From an uncultured Methanosarcinales archaeon (GTDB lineage Archaea; Nanobdellota; Nanobdellia; Woesearchaeales; DATDXC01), in NCBI GenBank assembly GCA_964510025.1, contig CAZDZV010000009.1, positions 1 to 62,515 on the forward strand: 62,515 bases of DNA, in the 5' to 3' direction. Below the pieces are notes generated by a model, which saw nothing but the letters and a program-made list of their open reading frames with translations, was not told where the DNA came from and ran no database searches. Positions 30,018-38,628 of this stretch are shown piece by piece; the first letter of the stretch is position 1; each line of letters opens with the position of its first letter. Both the position numbers and the translations under genes were made by a program.

Positions 30018-30049
30018 TGAAAACTTTGATATTTAAATTTATTGATTAT
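30018..30049. repeat. 32-bp direct repeat copy 2
   Basis: Identical to 29201-29232. Confidence 0.9.
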
Positions 30050-30686
30050 CCCTAAGAAAGGTTATTATCTTTTCAGCAAGGCCGTCTGCTGCCTTTCCTT
30101 CGATGCCTGCTCCAAACTCTCTTAATCTTTCCCTAAGTTCAGCAGCAGCTGTATCCAAAGGATCCTCTGGATCAGGAACATCTAAGATTAGATCATTATA
30201 GTCCACATGGACCATTCCATCGCTATCTACGCCAATCCTCACAAGATAGGGTATAGCGGCATTTCCGGCATAGTGTTCCTGTAATCCTTTCCTTTCGATG
30301 TTCAGCGTGATCTTCACTTCCTCTCTGAATTTTGTGCTACCCTGCGCCAGGGTTTCCTCCGATGGAATTTCATAATGCAAAAGAAATCTTCCAACAATGC
30401 CCTTTCTGCAGAAGACATAAGAAGGGATCTCGCCGTTTGCGATTCCCTCATCTTCTGTGCATTGTGCAGCCTTAAGAAGCCTTAGCGTCTTCTCATCAAA
30501 GTGTTCAGCTGGTATCCCTGCCCTGTGCAGTTCACTTGGAGGATTTTGTTCGCCGACAACTTGGTCTAGGCTTGCATATGCAGCAGACTCTGCAGCTGTC
30601 TTTCTAGGCCCGAACTCTCCGTCTAATGCATATATACATGTAGCTAGCCCGCCTTCCAAAGGTGTCATAGCATAAGCAGGTTGCAT
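30039..30686 (-). CDS. Hypothetical protein
   Basis: 215-aa ORF with upstream TTTATA box. Confidence 0.65.
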   Translation of the reverse strand: MQPAYAMTPLEGGLATCIYALDGEFGPRKTAAESAAYASLDQVVGEQNPPSELHRAGIPAEHFDEKTLRLLKAAQCTEDEGIANGEIPSYVFCRKGIVGRFLLHYEIPSEETLAQGSTKFREEVKITLNIERKGLQEHYAGNAAIPYLVRIGVDSDGMVHVDYNDLILDVPDPEDPLDTAAAELRERLREFGAGIEGKAADGLAEKIITFLRDNQ

Positions 30687-30800
30687 ATCTCCCAGATAAA
30701 ACAGTTTACTATATAAATCTTTCTATTAATTTACTACCATTTAGTAACTAAAAGTATATATCTGTAAAACTTTATATATCAGCCTGATTATATACACCTA

Positions 30801-31181
30801 ATGCAGCTTCCAAAGCCAATCAAAAAGGCCATGATCTACGAAGACAGCAGATTGTATGCATGCCTGGCAACATATCCCATCGTTAGGGGGCATACAATTG
30901 TTGCCTGGAAAAAGCCTGCTGCTGACCTTCATCTGCTTCCAAGAAAAGACTACGAATACCTGATGGACAAGGTAGATGAGGTAAGGAACGCTATGCTGGC
31001 TGCATTAAGGATCAGAAAGGTCTACCTTATGTACATGGATGAAGCTAATCAGGTTCATTGGCATCTCCTGCCAAGATACAATATCAAAGGATACAACCTC
31101 CTTAAGCATAAACCTTCAAGGATCAAGGACCTATCCCTCGCAAAAGAGATAAGGAAGAATCTTCTGCTGAGAATAGGTTGA
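30801..31181 (+). CDS. HIT family protein
   Basis: YPIVRGHTIV, QVHWHLLPRY (first His of the triad replaced by Q). Confidence 0.85.
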   Translation: MQLPKPIKKAMIYEDSRLYACLATYPIVRGHTIVAWKKPAADLHLLPRKDYEYLMDKVDEVRNAMLAALRIRKVYLMYMDEANQVHWHLLPRYNIKGYNLLKHKPSRIKDLSLAKEIRKNLLLRIG

Positions 31182-31221
31182 CCGCAAGCTTTTTAAATAA
31201 GTTCTCAATTCTTAGAACACT

Positions 31222-31512
31222 ATGGCAAAGAGGATTCGCGGTTTCAGAAGGAAGACAAGATACAAGTTCAAGAAAGAGCCCAGAAGAAAAGGGAAGATGA
31301 ATATCTCCGAGTACATGAAAAACCTGAAACAAGGGGATAAGGTCACGCTGGCTGTGGAATCAAGCGTGCAGAAAGGTATGTACTCTCCACGATTTATGGG
31401 AAAGATGGGCATTATAAGGTCCAGAAAGGGCAGGTGCTATGAGATAGACATCAAGGATGGCGGAAAGACCAAGACCATAATAGCGCATCCTGTCCACCTG
31501 AAGAGGCTATAA
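31222..31512 (+). CDS. rpl21e: 50S ribosomal protein eL21
   Basis: GFRRKTRYKF, GDKV, KGM..RFMGKMG, IKDGGKTKTIIAHPVHLKR. Confidence 0.95.
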   Translation: MAKRIRGFRRKTRYKFKKEPRRKGKMNISEYMKNLKQGDKVTLAVESSVQKGMYSPRFMGKMGIIRSRKGRCYEIDIKDGGKTKTIIAHPVHLKRL

Positions 31513-31514
31513 AG

Positions 31515-31853
31515 ATGGCTGAAGCTAAGATATTAAACGAAATCCCGATAAGCATGCATGATCTGAAGCAGGAGCTTGCGAGCATAAAGAAGCGGGACAA
31601 AGAGCTTAACTTCCGCGCAAATAAGACAGAGGAATATCTTAACCATTTTACTGACTTCAAGAATGCTGAGAAGCTTGAGCAGGACCTTACAAAGCTGAAC
31701 ATACCCAGGCTTAAGGACCAGCACATAAAGAAGATAATTGACATATTGCCAAAGAGCGTGGATGAGCTCAAGATCCTGATCCAGGGCTATCCGATTAGCG
31801 TCAACAACGAAAATCTGAAGAAGATCGTTGAGACAGTTAAGAAGCATATATAA
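31515..31853 (+). CDS. rpo4: RNA polymerase subunit Rpo4/RpoF
   Basis: Follows rpl21e; KIIDILPKSVDELK HRDC-like motif. Confidence 0.85.
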   Translation: MAEAKILNEIPISMHDLKQELASIKKRDKELNFRANKTEEYLNHFTDFKNAEKLEQDLTKLNIPRLKDQHIKKIIDILPKSVDELKILIQGYPISVNNENLKKIVETVKKHI

Positions 31854-31913
31854 TTCTGTTCCTTGTCCGCAGCATAATATTTATAAACAGCAAAGCTTTC
31901 AGAGCATACCAAG

Positions 31914-32768
31914 ATGAAAAAAATGGGGGGAGCAGACAGCTTAGTGAGCAGCGTGAATGCTGCTGTAAGGGATTTTAAGAAAAGGTCGTACAGGCTGGAT
32001 AGGTCTGCAATTGACAGGCTTGTATCTTCTGTCGACAAATCCATAGAGAAGAAGAAAAATGACCTGATGAGGGCGCTTCATGACTCGGTCATCCAGACCT
32101 TTTCGATAAACCTTGGCAAGATAACGAAAGAAGAGCTGCAGAAAGAGATCGGAGAGAACATCCTGGCGCTCAGGAACATTGTGCGAAAGCTGATAGCGAT
32201 CAACTACTACCTGTCCACGTCATTTTCAGAAGAGGCTGATCTGCCTGAAAGACCAGGGCCTGTGCTCAGCAGAAAAGACTGGCAGAAGCTTGAATCAAGG
32301 ATCTGCCATTTTATCGATAAGATAATCATACTGGACAACAGGCTGCTGAAGAATTACAGGCAGAAGCAGGATAAGGCTGAAAAAGAGGAAAAGAAGGACT
32401 TCCGGGAGCTGACAAGGATCCTGAAGAGGCAGAAAGAGCTGCTATACCACATGGAAGCGAAGCTTCCGCCCAAGGTAAGCAGCAGGCTGATCCAGAAGCC
32501 CAAGATAGACTATTGGATATCGACGGTGCTGGCCCTGCTGGATGCGATAGAGTCAGAGTACGATGACGAGCTGAAGATATTCATGCATCTTAAGAAGGAT
32601 AAGCTCCTCAAAAAGAAAATTAATTTAAAGGTAAGGCACTTAATGAAAGAAAAGACTGAAGCGCTTAAGCTCAAGGAAGGCCGCATACTGATGTCCGACG
32701 AGCTGCAGCAGATGGACAAGGACTGGAAAAAGCATATCCGTGACTGGATGGCTGCTTCAGAGTTGTAA
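31914..32768 (+). CDS. Hypothetical helical protein
   Basis: 284-aa K/E-rich ORF between rpo4 and DUF655. Confidence 0.7.
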   Translation: MKKMGGADSLVSSVNAAVRDFKKRSYRLDRSAIDRLVSSVDKSIEKKKNDLMRALHDSVIQTFSINLGKITKEELQKEIGENILALRNIVRKLIAINYYLSTSFSEEADLPERPGPVLSRKDWQKLESRICHFIDKIIILDNRLLKNYRQKQDKAEKEEKKDFRELTRILKRQKELLYHMEAKLPPKVSSRLIQKPKIDYWISTVLALLDAIESEYDDELKIFMHLKKDKLLKKKINLKVRHLMKEKTEALKLKEGRILMSDELQQMDKDWKKHIRDWMAASEL

Positions 32769-32769
32769 G

Positions 32770-33327
32770 ATGGAACACGCAAAAGAAGAAAAGGCGATTG
32801 TGCTGGATTTTTTGCCGCACGGCTATCCGTTCGACGAAAGGCCAATGCACCTGAAGACTGCCATAGCTCAGGCTATAGGCGCAGACCATTTTGTGCTGCT
32901 TGAGCTTGTGCCAAAGAAGGGAGTGCATCTGCAGCCCTATGAGGAGGTCTATATAGGCGAAGGCAAGAGGGACAAGGTCCATCATATAATGGGCAAGCTT
33001 ACATTGGATAAGCTGACCCAGACGGCCAAGAAAGAGGTCGAATATATAGTGAAGGACATGGTGAACAAGAAAGAAGAGAGGTTCATTGAATTTTTCAACC
33101 AAGCCCGGCCCCTGAGCACCAGGATGCACCAGCTCGAGCTGCTGCCAGGCCTTGGCAAGAAGCATATGTGGGAGATAATCGCTGCGCGAAAGGAAAAGCC
33201 TTTTGAAAATTTTGCAGACCTAAAGAAAAGGGTCAAGCTCATGCCCAATCCAGAGAAGGCCGTAATAAAAAGGATTATGAAAGAGCTCAGCGGAAAGGAA
33301 AAACACCATATCTTTGTTGATATCTAA
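32770..33327 (+). CDS. DUF655 RNA-binding protein (HhH)
   Basis: IVLDFLPHG, AQAIG..F.LLEL, HQLELLPGLGKK; conserved archaeal context. Confidence 0.92.
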   Translation: MEHAKEEKAIVLDFLPHGYPFDERPMHLKTAIAQAIGADHFVLLELVPKKGVHLQPYEEVYIGEGKRDKVHHIMGKLTLDKLTQTAKKEVEYIVKDMVNKKEERFIEFFNQARPLSTRMHQLELLPGLGKKHMWEIIAARKEKPFENFADLKKRVKLMPNPEKAVIKRIMKELSGKEKHHIFVDI

Positions 33328-33360
33328 AGCTTTTTAAATCAGCTGTTCTTACATAGTTGC

Positions 33361-33927
33361 ATGCTGAAAAAGATTAGGGAACTGGCCAATATCAAGCAGG
33401 AGATAGACAGCCTTGCGAGAAGCATGGAGCTGAACAGGAAAAGCCTGGATGCGTTTGAGTCCTCTTTTAAGGCTTTTGAAGGCCAGCTAAAGGGGATGCA
33501 CAAAAGCCATGACCACATGCTTGATAAATTCAAGGAAGAGATAGATTCCATAGATGAGCTCAAGCAAAGGATGCATGAAGAGCTCTATGATTTGAAGCTC
33601 ATCAAATCACAGGTTAAGAACAGGATAATCGAAAAGTTCGAGCAGGAGCTTAGCCAGGAGCTGAAGATAAGTCTGGAGATGCTCAAGCAGCAGATGGGGA
33701 GCTACAGCCAAGTCAGGGAAGATATATCAAACCTCTCTGCAAAAGCTGTAAAAGCTTCAGAAGGTGTAGATAAGCTAATCGAGATAAGCTCCTCTATCCG
33801 GAAGGAGGATTTCGAGCTTAAGAAGTGCGCTGATGAGCTAAGGAAAAACGACAAAGAAAAGCTGGAACTCATGAAAAGGATAGATGGGCTGGAAAGGCTC
33901 ATATCAAAGATGCGAAGGAGAAGATAG
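33361..33927 (+). CDS. Coiled-coil protein
   Basis: Heptad-rich, ends LERLISKMRRRR. Confidence 0.7.
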   Translation: MLKKIRELANIKQEIDSLARSMELNRKSLDAFESSFKAFEGQLKGMHKSHDHMLDKFKEEIDSIDELKQRMHEELYDLKLIKSQVKNRIIEKFEQELSQELKISLEMLKQQMGSYSQVREDISNLSAKAVKASEGVDKLIEISSSIRKEDFELKKCADELRKNDKEKLELMKRIDGLERLISKMRRRR

Positions 33928-33928
33928 C

Positions 33929-34531
33929 ATGTACAAGAAGATCAGCAGCAGAATGTTCTCTGAAGAGGAGATGACAGACCTGCTGAAGGCATGGTTCGCG
34001 ATAAGCCTGGCATTTGCCATAGTATTGGACGGCTTTTCCCTAAGCATCCGGTTTGCCTACAGCTTTGTCCTGGCTTCACTTACTGTGGGCATAGCTTTTA
34101 TCGCCCATGAGCTGAGCCATAGGGCAGTGGCAAGGCATTTTGGCTGCCACGCAGAGTTCAGGAGCTTTGACCAGATGCTCATTCTGGCTGTGCTGATGTC
34201 TTTTCTGGGATTTGTCTTGGCAGCTCCCGGAGCTGTCATGATATCCGGACCTGTGGGCCGAATAAGGAACGGAAAGATAAGCGCTTCAGGCCCCGCAGCG
34301 AACCTTGTGCTGGCGCTGCTTTTCCTGGTGATCATGCTATCTCTAAATCCCAGCTCATTCATAGGCAGTATTGTTAGCTATGGATTTGTGATCAATAGCT
34401 GGCTGGCTCTCTTTAATCTGCTTCCTTTTGGCAATTTTGACGGAAGGAAGATACTGCGCTGGAGCAGGCCTGTTTACAGCATAATGCTGGCAGCTGGCGT
34501 GATATTTCTGGTGCTCCAGGCTGTGGTTTAA
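33929..34531 (+). CDS. M50 family intramembrane zinc metalloprotease
   Basis: HELSH, AAPGAV, SGPAANL, FNLLPFGNFDG. Confidence 0.9.
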   Translation: MYKKISSRMFSEEEMTDLLKAWFAISLAFAIVLDGFSLSIRFAYSFVLASLTVGIAFIAHELSHRAVARHFGCHAEFRSFDQMLILAVLMSFLGFVLAAPGAVMISGPVGRIRNGKISASGPAANLVLALLFLVIMLSLNPSSFIGSIVSYGFVINSWLALFNLLPFGNFDGRKILRWSRPVYSIMLAAGVIFLVLQAVV

Positions 34532-34567
34532 GAAAGATTAATAAAGATAAAGCATATATGGCAGGCC

Positions 34568-34909
34568 ATGGCTAAGTGTCCTTATTGCGGCAGGCTGCTG
34601 ACAAAGCATGAAAGGTTCTGCTATCATTGCGAGCAGGATGTGGGCAAGGCCGTCGATGAGTCAGAAAGGCCGCATATGCCCAGACCCAAGCCATATGATC
34701 TGAAAAAAGACGTGCAGGAATTTAAGAAGACCTTCAGCTCATTGTTCAGGAAGCCGGTAAAGGCATACTGCGTGAAATGCCGGAAAAAGGTAGATGTAAG
34801 GGATCCAACGCACTATAAGATGAAGAATGGCACACCTTCGATCAAGGGGAGCTGCCCTCATTGCGGGACCAAGGTATTCAGGATTATCAGCAAGACTACT
34901 TCTCCATAA
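34568..34909 (+). CDS. Double zinc-ribbon protein with DUF5679-like C-terminal domain
   Basis: CPYC...CYHC; AYCVKCR...MKNG...KGSCPHCGTKVFRI. Confidence 0.8.
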   Translation: MAKCPYCGRLLTKHERFCYHCEQDVGKAVDESERPHMPRPKPYDLKKDVQEFKKTFSSLFRKPVKAYCVKCRKKVDVRDPTHYKMKNGTPSIKGSCPHCGTKVFRIISKTTSP

Positions 34910-34974
34910 ATTCAGACATCTTATCATAGCTTTTAAGCAGAAAATACCGCTTAAAGAAGCTTTCATAGTCTTCT

Positions 34975-35091
34975 TCAGAGATACCTTTCATGTTCTGACC
35001 TCTCCTTCTTGCTGCCAAATAATCCTAATAGGTTGCCTATCAAGCTAAGCGCCAAAATACCTGCACTTCTAGCCATATTTTTGAATGTCAT
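34975..35091 (-). CDS. 38-aa membrane peptide C2 (microprotein operon copy 2)
   Basis: MTFKNMARSAGILALSLIGNLLGLFGSKKERSEHERYL; ATGA overlap; paralog of 35519-35638. Confidence 0.75.
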   Translation of the reverse strand: MTFKNMARSAGILALSLIGNLLGLFGSKKERSEHERYL

Positions 35092-35219
35092 AGGTCCAGA
35101 TACCCATATCTTTCTTTTACGCTCTTGATTTCCATGCTGCATTTTCTGCAGAGATAAGGGTCATAGATAGCGCTTTTGTTGATTATGTTGCCGCACTTCA
35201 CGCATCTGTTGTATCTCAT
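35088..35219 (-). CDS. 43-aa zinc-finger microprotein B2
   Basis: MRYNRCVKCGNIINKSAIYDPYLCRKCSMEIKSVKERYGYLDL; ATGA overlap; paralog of 35640-35750. Confidence 0.8.
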   Translation of the reverse strand: MRYNRCVKCGNIINKSAIYDPYLCRKCSMEIKSVKERYGYLDL

Positions 35220-35371
35220 TTTGCCTGGAATCTCATCTGGCAGTTCGGGCATATGCATCCTGACTTGCCGCATTTCATCTCAGCCCCGCAGTTTCCGCAG
35301 TAGTACACTGGATTGAAGTCATGGACCTGTACTTCATCTACCCCGTGCATATATTCAACAGTCATTTTCAT
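35216..35371 (-). CDS. 51-aa zinc-ribbon microprotein A2
   Basis: MKMTVEYMHGVDEVQVHDFNPVYYCGNCGAEMKCGKSGCICPNCQMRFQAK; paralog of 35759-35932. Confidence 0.8.
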   Translation of the reverse strand: MKMTVEYMHGVDEVQVHDFNPVYYCGNCGAEMKCGKSGCICPNCQMRFQAK

Positions 35372-35518
35372 CCCCCGGAATATTTACGGAAAAGCAGGGT
35401 TTGATTATATATTTTGTCCTTAAATTTTATAAATAATTAATAATTATAATGTATTATATAAAATTGCTATTTTTATATTATTTTGATCATCTCTGCCGAT
35501 CCGGGCTGAAACTCCTTG

Positions 35519-35638
35519 CTATAAATACCGTTGATATTCGTCCTGTTCTGATGATATGAGCGCAAGGATTGATGCAATAAAGCTCAAAAATACCAATCCA
35601 AGCGCCCTGGCTATGGCGTTTGTCATGCCGGTTTTCAT
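35519..35638 (-). CDS. 39-aa membrane peptide C1
   Basis: MKTGMTNAIARALGLVFLSFIASILALISSEQDEYQRYL; GGAGG RBS upstream. Confidence 0.75.
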   Translation of the reverse strand: MKTGMTNAIARALGLVFLSFIASILALISSEQDEYQRYL

Positions 35639-35639
35639 T

Positions 35640-35750
35640 TCAGGTATCCTCCTCCACCTTTCTTAGCTCATAGATGCATTCTCTGCATATGTAGGATTCA
35701 TGTAATCCCGAAATCCTGCGACCGCAGGATATGCATCTGTCATAGTCCAT
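35640..35750 (-). CDS. 36-aa zinc-finger microprotein B1
   Basis: MDYDRCISCGRRISGLHESYICRECIYELRKVEEDT; AGGTGG RBS. Confidence 0.8.
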   Translation of the reverse strand: MDYDRCISCGRRISGLHESYICRECIYELRKVEEDT

Positions 35751-35758
35751 CAGACCAC

Positions 35759-35932
35759 CTAGCATAGCAATGTTTCGTTTCTTTGCGAAAAGATCATGTG
35801 GCATATAGGGCATTCAAAACTGTATGCGCCATCATCCATCCTGCACCCACATCTTCCGCAATAGTATGTGTGGGAAAAATCATGCTCTACCATCTCCTCA
35901 TAGCCATGTATCCTTTCCCAGCTGTCCAGCAT
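35759..35932 (-). CDS. 57-aa zinc-ribbon microprotein A1
   Basis: MLDSWERIHGYEEMVEHDFSHTYYCGRCGCRMDDGAYSFECPICHMIFSQRNETLLC; GAGGTGA RBS. Confidence 0.8.
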   Translation of the reverse strand: MLDSWERIHGYEEMVEHDFSHTYYCGRCGCRMDDGAYSFECPICHMIFSQRNETLLC

Positions 35933-36107
35933 CCTTATCACCTCATTTTTGGGATGCCTGCCCCCCTAATCGTAAGTTATACGACACTCTTTATAGAAAC
36001 TTTTAAATATATATAGCTATTCCATATATAATATAATACATATAGATTATATATTCAAGATTTAAATTTTACATAAAATATATAGATTATAAATAAGGGG
36101 GGTAGAA

Positions 36108-37115
36108 ATGGAACTAAGGAAGCTTATAAGCTTTGGAAAAGGGTCATATATCATATCCCTGCCAAAGCAATGGATCATCAAGAATAAGCTTAAGAAAGGA
36201 GACATGATAGGCCTCGAGGAAACCAACCAGGGACTGACATTAAGAACCCAAACTGTACACCCAGACAAAGACTATGAAAAGATCACGATCAATATCGAGG
36301 GCAAGGACCTAGACCTGATAAAAGCAGAGATCATCAGCGCCTATCTAAATAATTATGGTGTCATAGAGATATTCTCCCACAGGCTCGAGAATAAGTCAAA
36401 AGAGATAAAAGAGATTATTCACAGCCTGGCCGGGCTGGAGATATTAGAGCAGACAGCTAATCGGCTGGTAGCTAAAGACCTCATAGACATCACAGAAATA
36501 TCTGTCAGTTCGATAATCAGGAGGATGGACATAATCACCCGCTCCATGATAGAAGACACTATCGAATGCCTGGGTGGCGTGGACAAGGCAGAGGACCTTG
36601 CGCAAAGGGACCTGGAAGTGAACAGGCTGCATTTCTTGGGATACCGGGTCATAAGAAAAGCTCTTACAAATCCCACAATTGCCAGGTCTTTTAAGAAAGA
36701 TCCATGGGAGCTTCAGTGCGACAAGTCAGTGGTCATGAGACTGGAGAAGATTGCTGACAGGCAAAAGAGGATTGTCCGCTACCTGAAGGACTCAATGCTA
36801 GACCCAGGCGAGTTGGCTGAACTCAAAAAGATAGTGAAAGACATGCAGGAGGCATACCTTAAGGTGATGAAAGCCTACTACTCATCAGACCAGAAGCTGG
36901 CCTATGAGGTTGAACTCACGAACAGGAAAAGGATAGAGCAATGCGATGAATTCTTCAGGAGCCATACACACTGCAGCCTGTCCATAAAAGGCACAAAAAA
37001 GCAGAGATGCGACTATAGGATGGCATGCGCAGCAACAGCGCTTATCATCGAAAAGCTGAAGGCTATGACAACATCAATCAAGTATATCGCCAGAAGTGTG
37101 ATGGGAGGAGAATAG
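36108..37115 (+). CDS. AbrB-domain/PhoU-family regulator (archaeal phosphate uptake regulator type)
   Basis: RKLISFGKGSYIISLPKQWI..LKKGD, IISAYL, GLEILE, RDLEVNRL, LEKIAD. Confidence 0.85.
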   Translation: MELRKLISFGKGSYIISLPKQWIIKNKLKKGDMIGLEETNQGLTLRTQTVHPDKDYEKITINIEGKDLDLIKAEIISAYLNNYGVIEIFSHRLENKSKEIKEIIHSLAGLEILEQTANRLVAKDLIDITEISVSSIIRRMDIITRSMIEDTIECLGGVDKAEDLAQRDLEVNRLHFLGYRVIRKALTNPTIARSFKKDPWELQCDKSVVMRLEKIADRQKRIVRYLKDSMLDPGELAELKKIVKDMQEAYLKVMKAYYSSDQKLAYEVELTNRKRIEQCDEFFRSHTHCSLSIKGTKKQRCDYRMACAATALIIEKLKAMTTSIKYIARSVMGGE

Positions 37116-37121
37116 GAATTT

Positions 37122-37370
37122 GTGGCAGAGTACTGCACACATGCTAACCCTGATGATTCTAAATACCGGATCATCTATGAGTACCCAACTTCAGGAGCTG
37201 CAGAGCTGATTGGAGAGCCAATCACATTGACTGTTACGCGACAGAGATCCCCCGGCTTGGGCGTGCCCCATGACCTTTCTCAGGCTGTTCAGAAAATACT
37301 GGCTGATGCTCAACACGGCCCGGTTGTGGATAGGATTGTGACAATAGGCCTTAGTACCCTTCAAAGATAA
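37122..37370 (+). CDS. Hypothetical protein
   Basis: 82-aa ORF directly after the regulator. Confidence 0.4.
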   Translation: MAEYCTHANPDDSKYRIIYEYPTSGAAELIGEPITLTVTRQRSPGLGVPHDLSQAVQKILADAQHGPVVDRIVTIGLSTLQR

Positions 37371-38451
37371 TCTTCCTTTTATTTCTCATCAGTACTGTGC
37401 CAGCTCCTTTTCTTACCTCGCCCACAACCTTTGCCTCCTCCTTGAACTTCTCTGCTATCGACAAGGCCATCTCTGCATCTTTCTTATCGACTATCAAGAA
37501 GAAGCCCATACCCATGTTGAATTTCTGGTACATCTGCCTGTCATCAAATCCGGACTCATCCTGCATGAGCCGGAATATAGGTTGTGGCTCTATGGGCTTT
37601 TCTATCAGAAACTGGAACCCCTTTATCCTGTTAAGGTTCTTAAGCCCGTAGCCTGTATTGTTGATGCCTTGCATCCTTGTGCATTCAGCTATCGCAGATA
37701 CAGATTTTGAGTATATTCGTGTAGGCTCCAGCAGCTGCTGGCCAATCGTGGAGCCTGAAAATCTATCATCGATCCTGTGCTTGCCCTTATATTGTTTCCT
37801 GTATTCGATTCTTGTCTCGAACTCGCCCTTAAGCAGCTTCAGCCTGAGCTCTGTATAGCCGTTGGAATGCGGGCCAGAACTCTTCAGCGCTATGATCTTA
37901 TCTCCTGCCTTGATCTTGGTATTAACATCTTCCTTCTTTATGAAGCCGATCATGCCGCCCGCTATATCAAATCCATAGCCTGGCCTGAAAGAAGAGATAA
38001 GCTCATCTACACTGGCTGTCTCTCCTTTGCCCAGATTTATATGCACCGAGCTCCTCAGGATATGCCCGACCTCCGACATCTCCAATCCCCTGATCACCCC
38101 TTTCATTATATCTCCTGTGATGCCCTCCTCCTGTATCTTAGACTGGACTGCAAAATAGTCAATAAACAAAAAAGGTGACACCTTTCCAAGCGTAGCCAGG
38201 TCATTTGCAGACATCGCCACCAGGTCTATGCCTACTGTGTCATATTTCTGCATAGCTTCTGCGACTATAAGCTTTGTCCCTACCCCGTCTATGGCGCATG
38301 CCAAAAGATGGTTAGGGAAAACAGCATCATTAGAATACAGCTCAGCAAACATGCCTTCTGATGCCTTATCCATATTCTGCTTTAGCTTGGGGGGGATTGC
38401 TTTCTTGATAGCAGAAACAGCCCTGGATTCCCTTGCCTGGTAGTCTGACAT
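37351..38451 (-). CDS. purM: AIR synthetase
   Basis: DGVGTK, GIDLVAMSANDL, GETA, SSGPHSNGY, LLEPTRIY, FNMGMGF. Confidence 0.92.
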   Translation of the reverse strand: MSDYQARESRAVSAIKKAIPPKLKQNMDKASEGMFAELYSNDAVFPNHLLACAIDGVGTKLIVAEAMQKYDTVGIDLVAMSANDLATLGKVSPFLFIDYFAVQSKIQEEGITGDIMKGVIRGLEMSEVGHILRSSVHINLGKGETASVDELISSFRPGYGFDIAGGMIGFIKKEDVNTKIKAGDKIIALKSSGPHSNGYTELRLKLLKGEFETRIEYRKQYKGKHRIDDRFSGSTIGQQLLEPTRIYSKSVSAIAECTRMQGINNTGYGLKNLNRIKGFQFLIEKPIEPQPIFRLMQDESGFDDRQMYQKFNMGMGFFLIVDKKDAEMALSIAEKFKEEAKVVGEVRKGAGTVLMRNKRKIIFEGY

Positions 38452-38628
38452 AGCAATATGTATTATTTTATGCTATATAAATCTTATTGTTCCGGCCTTT
38501 GTTGCATGCCAGCCCTCCACTATGTCTTTTTCACCAGGAGCATGTTTCCAGCAGGTTCATTATCTGCAGACATGAATCCCATCTTATTCCCTGTCATGAT
38601 ATAAGGCAGATAAGCACTAAAAAAACAA

